Source of the DNA: Candidatus Woesearchaeota archaeon | Lineage (GTDB): Archaea; Nanobdellota; Nanobdellia; Pacearchaeales; GW2011-AR1 | Assembly: GCA_964576755.1 (NCBI GenBank) | Contig: CAZNUV010000001.1 | Location: forward strand, 106,883-159,530 | Length of the DNA: 52,648 nt | Direction: 5' to 3' | In this document: one piece after another, positions 47,600-52,648 of the stretch | Numbering within the stretch: the first letter of the stretch is position 1 | Layout: each line of letters begins with the position of its first letter | The notes under the pieces: model-generated | What the model was told of the DNA's origin: nothing | Databases searched by the model: none | What the model saw: the letters and a program-made list of their open reading frames with translations, nothing else | Position numbers and translations under genes: made by a program

Positions 47600-47745
47600 A
47601 ACCTCCCAACAACCCCCTTCCAACAACCCAAATGAAAACACTCAAACTCAATAATCCTCTGACCGCGCTTAGTAATTAGCATAACCCAGACTGTCTTATC
47701 GTCCTTCTCGTCGATTACCTTGTTGCATTTTAGGCAGGTTTTCAT
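47596..47745 (-). CDS. Small CxxC...HxxC zinc-finger protein, 49 aa
   Basis: Not in ORF track; MKTCLKCNKVI...FHLGCW. Confidence 0.65.
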   Translation of the reverse strand: MKTCLKCNKVIDEKDDKTVWVMLITKRGQRIIEFECFHLGCWKGVVGRF

Positions 47746-47757
47746 GAACTTATTTTA

Positions 47758-47792
47758 GGTCTCTAAATTATATAAATGTTTCGGTCTCTAAA
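47758..47792. promoter_or_regulatory. Direct repeats GGTCTCTAAA in a divergent promoter
   Basis: Copies at 47758-47767 and 47783-47792, interleaved with two TATA-like boxes. Confidence 0.55.
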
Positions 47793-47823
47793 ACTTTAAA
47801 TATATCTAGTCATTAATAGATTT

Positions 47824-48000
47824 ATGAAGATCTTAAAAGAAAAATCAAGAGAGTATAAGGGAAAGCCATACTATAAGTATAAAGTCAATATTCCAGAGGA
47901 TGCCATTAACGAGGCTGGCTTTAAAGAGGGAGATGAGCTGAAGGCTGTTGTTAAGAAGGGCGAGATTGTGCTGCGGAAGGTTTTAAGGCAAAAAGCTTAA
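47824..48000 (+). CDS. AbrB/MazE/SpoVT-family DNA-binding protein, 58 aa
   Basis: Not in ORF track; VNIPEDAINEAGFKEGDEL...GEIVLRK. Confidence 0.8.
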   Translation: MKILKEKSREYKGKPYYKYKVNIPEDAINEAGFKEGDELKAVVKKGEIVLRKVLRQKA

Positions 48001-48036
48001 ATATTAAGGATTATTGATATTATTAATACAATGATG

Positions 48037-48067
48037 GGGAGTAGTATCCTTTAAGGATATTACTCCC
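48037..48067 (+). promoter_or_regulatory. 14-bp stem-loop upstream of NYN gene
   Basis: GGGAGTAGTATCCT-TTA-AGGATATTACTCCC with one G-U pair. Confidence 0.7.
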
Positions 48068-48082
48068 TCCTATTCTCTCAAA

Positions 48083-48889
48083 ATGAAAGTAATAATTTTT
48101 AATGATACTCAAAATTTTAATGGGTCTTTAAATTTTTTAAATGAAAGATTTAGCCGAAAAAATAAACGATTTTGGGATTATAAAAAATATATTCCATTTT
48201 TACTAGAAAAAATAAAATTATTAGATAGTTTTAATGAAGAAAATATTGAATTAAAGAAGGTTTATTTTTATGAGGGGAGATATAGCAACAATCTAATTAA
48301 AAATGCTAAATGGTCCTGTAATCAAAAAATCCAAGAATTAAATAGAATGATTTACAAGGAACAACAACTTTTAAATTTAATTTCCCAAGAAAGAACTTCT
48401 TCAAAGAGACTAAGAAGAAAAGTTAATGATCATGTTAATGGTATAAAAGAAGAGTTTGAGAATAAGAGAAAATACATTTTAAAATATATTGAAAAACAAG
48501 CAAGGCAATTTGAAGGACAAAAAGTTTTATTTAGTGAATTAGATTCAAATCCCCTTATTGATATCAAATCTACGCCATTAAAACAATCAGAAGGAGAAGT
48601 TCGTCAAAAAGGTGTTGATGTTCTTTTGACAACAGATTTAGTTCATTTAGCACATACAGAGGCTTATGATATTGCAATTATCTTGAGTGGAGATACAGAT
48701 ATAATTGAGGCAGTAAGACTAATAAAAAGTATGGGGAAAACACCAATTATTTTTTCATACCATACTCCGGGAAATCCAAAAAAGAGTAATATTTCAGATT
48801 TAATGAACGTTGGAAAATTTATTAATTTAAAAGATTTCACTAATGAAGAAATAGAAAAGATGTCAGAATTGAGAGAAAAAGATGAATAA
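48083..48889 (+). CDS. NYN/LabA-DUF88 (PIN-fold) ribonuclease with helical insertion
   Basis: IFND.QN, QKGVDV..TTD, ILSGDTD. Confidence 0.85.
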   Translation: MKVIIFNDTQNFNGSLNFLNERFSRKNKRFWDYKKYIPFLLEKIKLLDSFNEENIELKKVYFYEGRYSNNLIKNAKWSCNQKIQELNRMIYKEQQLLNLISQERTSSKRLRRKVNDHVNGIKEEFENKRKYILKYIEKQARQFEGQKVLFSELDSNPLIDIKSTPLKQSEGEVRQKGVDVLLTTDLVHLAHTEAYDIAIILSGDTDIIEAVRLIKSMGKTPIIFSYHTPGNPKKSNISDLMNVGKFINLKDFTNEEIEKMSELREKDE

Positions 48890-48977
48890 AAAATAGTTAA
48901 TCTAAATAAAAATAGGGCTAGGAAGGTTGTTTTTTAATACAATCATCCTTAAATATATTTAAAAAAAACCTTATTCC

Positions 48978-49292
48978 ATGGAAGAATATATTTCTCAACT
49001 AGTAGATAATTTTATTATTGCGACTTGGGCTGGAATTATTAGTGGATTAATAGTTTATAAAAAACTTCAAAAAGAAAAAGGATATAAAATTATTGTTTAC
49101 ACAGCAAAAGTGTTATTAATTGGACTTATTATATTATTTTCTTTTTTAATTATTGCTTATCCTCTAATAATGAATATTAATTCTATACTCATACTCTTAA
49201 TACTTGCTATTTTCTTAACCCTTATTAAAATTGTGGGCCTCTCCAAATCCAAAACCACACCCTCAGGCCTACGGCCTTCGGCTGATAGGTGA
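48978..49292 (+). CDS. Small membrane protein
   Basis: Three TMs; C-terminus runs into a repeat element. Confidence 0.6.
   Translation: MEEYISQLVDNFIIATWAGIISGLIVYKKLQKEKGYKIIVYTAKVLLIGLIILFSFLIIAYPLIMNINSILILLILAIFLTLIKIVGLSKSKTTPSGLRPSADR
49259..49288 (+). repeat. 30-bp GC-rich hairpin repeat, copy 1
   Basis: ACCCTCAGGCCTACGGCCTTCGGCTGATAG; 29/30 identical to 50385-50414. Confidence 0.85.
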
Positions 49293-49300
49293 CCACTAAA

Positions 49301-50227
49301 TCACTTTTTCTTGTTTTTTGTGGACACCTCTTTTAGTGTCTTTTTATACTGGTTAATTAGTAATCTGAGTGTAGGCCTTAAATCGTCTTGTTTAGAATAT
49401 CTTTGCAGGGATTGATAATATTCCTGCCTGTCTTCAAGCATAATGTTTATTGGAGGATAGTTATTTTTTAATAAAATGTAGTTTAATAATAACCTCCCAA
49501 CTCGGCCATTCCCGTCTTGAAAAGGATGAATATGTTCAAATTGATTATGTAAGATTGCTGCTAAAATAAGGGGTTTAAATTTTTTCTTATTTTTTTTGTA
49601 CCATTCAATAAATTCATTAAGATAATATTCAAGCTCTTGTTTTGGAACTCCTGCATGAATAATCTGTCCAACAGAATTTCTTATTATAACATTAACATTT
49701 CTAAATTTTCCTGCAAAAGGTTTAGAACCCTTAAAACAGATCCTGTGTAAGTTTAATAATAAATTTAAAGATAAATCTTCTTTTGTTTCTTTTAGGTATT
49801 GTATTGCTTTTGCCACGCCTTTTGTTTCAATTTCTTCAGCATTTTCTGGATTTTTCTTGTGTAGAATTTCAGGAACTTCTTCTTCAGTTACTGTTGAACC
49901 CTCTATAGCATTAGTATTATAAACAAAATCTTCTGTAAATCTCTCCCACTCTTCTTTAGTTAAATGAACAATGTTTATTTTATTGCTGTACCTGTTTAGA
50001 ATTTCTGTTTGTTTTTTTGTTAATGTAAAAAAGAAAACTTTTGTATTTAGTTCTTCTAATAGTTCTAAAATAATTTTTTCAGCTTTTTCTTTCTTTTTTT
50101 CTAGTTCTTGTTTTGAAAGATTCAGTCCAAGATATCTTCTTATTTTTTCTACTTTGTTCTTTTCCCTATAAGAATGAACTAAGTAGTATTTAATGCTCTT
50201 GCCCTGTTTTCTTTTTTCAATATACAT
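49301..50227 (-). CDS. Fic-domain protein (AMP transferase motif intact)
   Basis: HPFQDGNGRVGR; TNAIEGS; basic beta-rich N-terminal domain. Confidence 0.92.
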   Translation of the reverse strand: MYIEKRKQGKSIKYYLVHSYREKNKVEKIRRYLGLNLSKQELEKKKEKAEKIILELLEELNTKVFFFTLTKKQTEILNRYSNKINIVHLTKEEWERFTEDFVYNTNAIEGSTVTEEEVPEILHKKNPENAEEIETKGVAKAIQYLKETKEDLSLNLLLNLHRICFKGSKPFAGKFRNVNVIIRNSVGQIIHAGVPKQELEYYLNEFIEWYKKNKKKFKPLILAAILHNQFEHIHPFQDGNGRVGRLLLNYILLKNNYPPINIMLEDRQEYYQSLQRYSKQDDLRPTLRLLINQYKKTLKEVSTKNKKK

Positions 50228-50238
50228 AATGTATTAAA

Positions 50239-50277
50239 GGTGACCACATTTATAAACATTACTATTTTGTGGTCACC
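50239..50277 (-). promoter_or_regulatory. Inverted repeat GGTGACCACA-N19-TGTGGTCACC enclosing the fic TATA box
   Basis: Arms at 50239-50248 and 50268-50277; TTTATAAA at 50249-50256. Confidence 0.75.
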
Positions 50278-50384
50278 CCTCTCTTAGTCTTTTAATATGG
50301 ATAAATAAAATCTCTTGCCATTACAAAGTATCTAATTTTAGCTATTTTGTGCAAAATGTAATGTAAGAACTCTCCTAATCACAA

Positions 50385-50414
50385 ACCCTCAGGCCTTCGG
50401 CCTTCGGCTGATAG
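50385..50414 (+). repeat. 30-bp GC-rich hairpin repeat, copy 2
   Basis: ACCCTCAGGCCTTCGGCCTTCGGCTGATAG. Confidence 0.85.
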
Positions 50415-50439
50415 TTAGTGTGGATTTGCTGGGGGCGGT

Positions 50440-50787
50440 CTAATCTATTATTTCAGACTCTTGTTTTGTAGTAATAAACTTTTGATAAGCCAGGTCATAA
50501 TCTTTTTTATTTATTATATAATTTTTTCCACAAACAGGACAATGGGCTCGGAGTTTTCCGTCATTGAAAGCTCCTTCAACGAATCTTGTGTTTAAGTATA
50601 TTAAATGTTTCTTAACTCGATCATCACTACCAAAGATAATATTTTCTTTTTGAAGTTCTGTTAGAGATTCATCATCTTTATCTAACCAAACTTCACATCC
50701 ATCATCAACAAGAAGATGAATCCCTTCTGAAACAAGAGGTATATCCTTAATGAATACTGAGCAGTAAAAGTTTATTTCTAGTGTCAT
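50440..50787 (-). CDS. Hypothetical protein with C-terminal CPVCG
   Basis: Start moved to ATG 50787, directly after the shared leader. Confidence 0.6.
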   Translation of the reverse strand: MTLEINFYCSVFIKDIPLVSEGIHLLVDDGCEVWLDKDDESLTELQKENIIFGSDDRVKKHLIYLNTRFVEGAFNDGKLRAHCPVCGKNYIINKKDYDLAYQKFITTKQESEIID

Positions 50788-50827
50788 TTTCAAATTTTAT
50801 CAGAACTCTTTTCCCTGGTTTTCAGGC
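50787..50827 (-). repeat. 41-bp conserved 5' leader, copy 2
   Basis: 40/41 identical to 38955-38995. Confidence 0.85.
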
Positions 50828-50919
50828 TAATTTTATCTAGAATTTGGCCTTTAAAAACCCTCTCCCAAAACACACAAACCAATCACAAAGAATAAAAATC
50901 CCTCTGCCTTTTTACAAAC

Positions 50920-51246
50920 ATGAAAACCAGCACAGCCCTCCTTACAGTCGGGCTAACCTTAGTTGCATTCGCAGTGATCTTAGGAGTAATCTGGCTCTTG
51001 GAATCGCAAAACCAGGTCCCAATTAAAGACAATTATCCAAACTATACTGAAGGTGAAGAAGTCGAGTTAAGAACATGCGAAGATCTCGGGTGTCCTGCTA
51101 ATACAATGTATGTAGGAAGTGTTAATTCTAATAAGTATTATGTTTGTAGCTGTCATTATGCAGACAGGATTTTGCCTGCGAATCTGCAGTGTTTTGAGTC
51201 TGATGAGCAGGCTGTTAGTATGGGTTATGAATGGGTTGAGTGCTAG
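50920..51246 (+). CDS. Membrane-anchored protein with Ada metal-binding-like domain
   Basis: N-terminal TM; YVGS..S.KYY...C...I...N...F....A...GY. Confidence 0.65.
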   Translation: MKTSTALLTVGLTLVAFAVILGVIWLLESQNQVPIKDNYPNYTEGEEVELRTCEDLGCPANTMYVGSVNSNKYYVCSCHYADRILPANLQCFESDEQAVSMGYEWVEC

Positions 51247-51647
51247 AAAGAATTCAATTCTTTTATTAATTTGTTTTGCATTTCCTTTAATTCTTCATGA
51301 GATGCTTTTTGAAATTTTTTAGGGTCAAAAAGTTCATTAGAGCCATGCAAGGGAATAAGATGAAGGTGTGCATGTGGAACATCAAAACCAACAACTGCAA
51401 TACCAATACGTTTAGCACCTACAGCTTGTTTAAGGGGTTTAGATAATTTTTTTGCTATTTTAAAAAGTTTTAAGTATAATTCATCTTCTAAGTCAAAAAA
51501 ATAATCTGTATGCTTTTTTGGAATTATCATACAATGTCCTGGATTAGCTGGATTATGATCAAGAAAAGCGATAAAGTCTTCATCTTCCCAAAATACATAA
51601 TCTTGAACTTTCTTTTGAGCAATCTGACAAAACTTGCATTCATCCAT
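51243..51647 (-). CDS. HIT family hydrolase
   Basis: CKFC, PGH..IIPKKH, VPHAHLHLIP. Confidence 0.93.
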   Translation of the reverse strand: MDECKFCQIAQKKVQDYVFWEDEDFIAFLDHNPANPGHCMIIPKKHTDYFFDLEDELYLKLFKIAKKLSKPLKQAVGAKRIGIAVVGFDVPHAHLHLIPLHGSNELFDPKKFQKASHEELKEMQNKLIKELNSF

Positions 51648-51759
51648 AATAAAAGAATCAGTTAAATGTTTATAATAATATCGTCTTCTATTGATTGAGT
51701 GCTAATAGGTAGTGAATTTTCTGGAAAATGTTTAAATATGTATTTTTGTGTTTAGATGT

Positions 51760-52095
51760 ATGAAATGTGAGAATTCAAAAGGTTGTCTTTTAAGTGTTGT
51801 TATTGGAGGAGCTTCATTTTTTGGGATAATGAGTTGGTATGATGATTATCTCGAACGTCAAGAATATTATGAACGGCAAAATAAAATATACCATGAACAA
51901 CAAGATCTAAAACATAGAAAACAAGAAACCAAAAGAAATTTAGAATTCTCTAGAGAATATATGGCTCGAAAAAAAGCAGTAGCAGATTGGATGGAAGAAA
52001 AGGCTCAAAATCCTGCTGGACATTATAGAGGAGAATTAATGAAAACTAATGGGATTTATTATGTTAAGAATTTAGAAGCAGAGGTGAGTGAGTAA
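51760..52095 (+). CDS. Hypothetical membrane-anchored protein
   Basis: N-terminal TM, charged helical remainder; ATG at 51760. Confidence 0.55.
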   Translation: MKCENSKGCLLSVVIGGASFFGIMSWYDDYLERQEYYERQNKIYHEQQDLKHRKQETKRNLEFSREYMARKKAVADWMEEKAQNPAGHYRGELMKTNGIYYVKNLEAEVSE

Positions 52096-52564
52096 GATGA
52101 GGCTAGAGATAAGAAAAAATTTGAAACGTTTGGGATATATGACCCTAGGGGTTACAGATTTAATTCTTCTAAACTGTATTGATCCTCATGATTCTTTCAT
52201 AACTGGAGAGAAATATCTAGAATCATTAAAAGAAAACATTGTTGAACACCAAATTGTTCAAGAAAAAAGGGAATATGAAAGAATAGAATCCTCATTAAAA
52301 GAAATAGTTGGTGTTAGAGAAAGCCCTAAGTCACTTAATGATTATTTAGAAAATGTTAATTCAAATCTGGTTTCTATTGCTAAAGATCCGAGATATTTAT
52401 GTTTTCAAAAAAGAGTTGCAGATATTGAAAAAGATTGTGAAGACTATACAAAAGAAATGGTAAATGATTCACAACCTGGCCAGACTGCCTCACTTTTGAA
52501 TTTTTGGTTTTCAATTGGGTTAATAGCTATTCCTGTTATAAAGATGGGTAATTACGACCCTTAA
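52088..52564 (+). CDS. Hypothetical protein
   Basis: GTG start preceded by GAGGTG; C-terminal hydrophobic segment. Confidence 0.55.
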   Translation: MSKMRLEIRKNLKRLGYMTLGVTDLILLNCIDPHDSFITGEKYLESLKENIVEHQIVQEKREYERIESSLKEIVGVRESPKSLNDYLENVNSNLVSIAKDPRYLCFQKRVADIEKDCEDYTKEMVNDSQPGQTASLLNFWFSIGLIAIPVIKMGNYDP

Positions 52565-52593
52565 ACTCAAGTCTAAACCTCATAAAAAGAGTT

Positions 52594-52621
52594 TGTTCGT
52601 ATAATCCTTCTTATGCGCACT
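52594..52621 (-). other. dif-like Xer recombination site
   Basis: Minus strand AGTGCGCATAA-GAAGGA-TTATACGAACA: 11-6-11 layout; left arm 10/11 identical to the E. coli XerC arm GGTGCGCATAA; intergenic. Confidence 0.75.
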
Positions 52622-52648
52622 TTTTACACATAAAAGTTGTTTTTGTGT

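Noticed and set aside
36263-52564. CRISPR array or provirus
   Set aside because: Repeats occur only in pairs without regular spacers; no cas, capsid, terminase or replication genes recognised

Overview
Very AT-rich archaeal chromosomal segment, most likely from a DPANN (Pacearchaeota/Woesearchaeota-like) organism; this is inferred from archaeal ribosomal/RNAP genes, divergent sequences and leaderless TATA promoters. Four zones: (1) 1-14.6 kb surface-glycan locus containing a phosphonate module (AbrB-cytidylyltransferase, B12-radical SAM, cytidylyltransferase-PEP mutase, phosphonopyruvate decarboxylase, phosphonoacetaldehyde reductase, flippase, divergent CDP-alcohol phosphotransferase) whose enzyme set parallels the early fosfomycin pathway; (2) 14.6-23 kb secDF, three tRNAs, a stand-alone 5S rRNA, rpoN, MacB-type ABC transporter, COG1361 protein; (3) 23.6-28.8 kb ribosomal protein/RNAP cluster with an intron-containing tRNA-Leu that reads as AAG; (4) 28.8-52.6 kb accessory region with xerA, a dif-like site plus a degenerate inverted copy, many small orphan membrane genes, GNAT/kinase genes, barnase-like, NYN and Fic genes, and several repeated non-coding elements. 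All product calls come from motif recognition only; no database searches were run.
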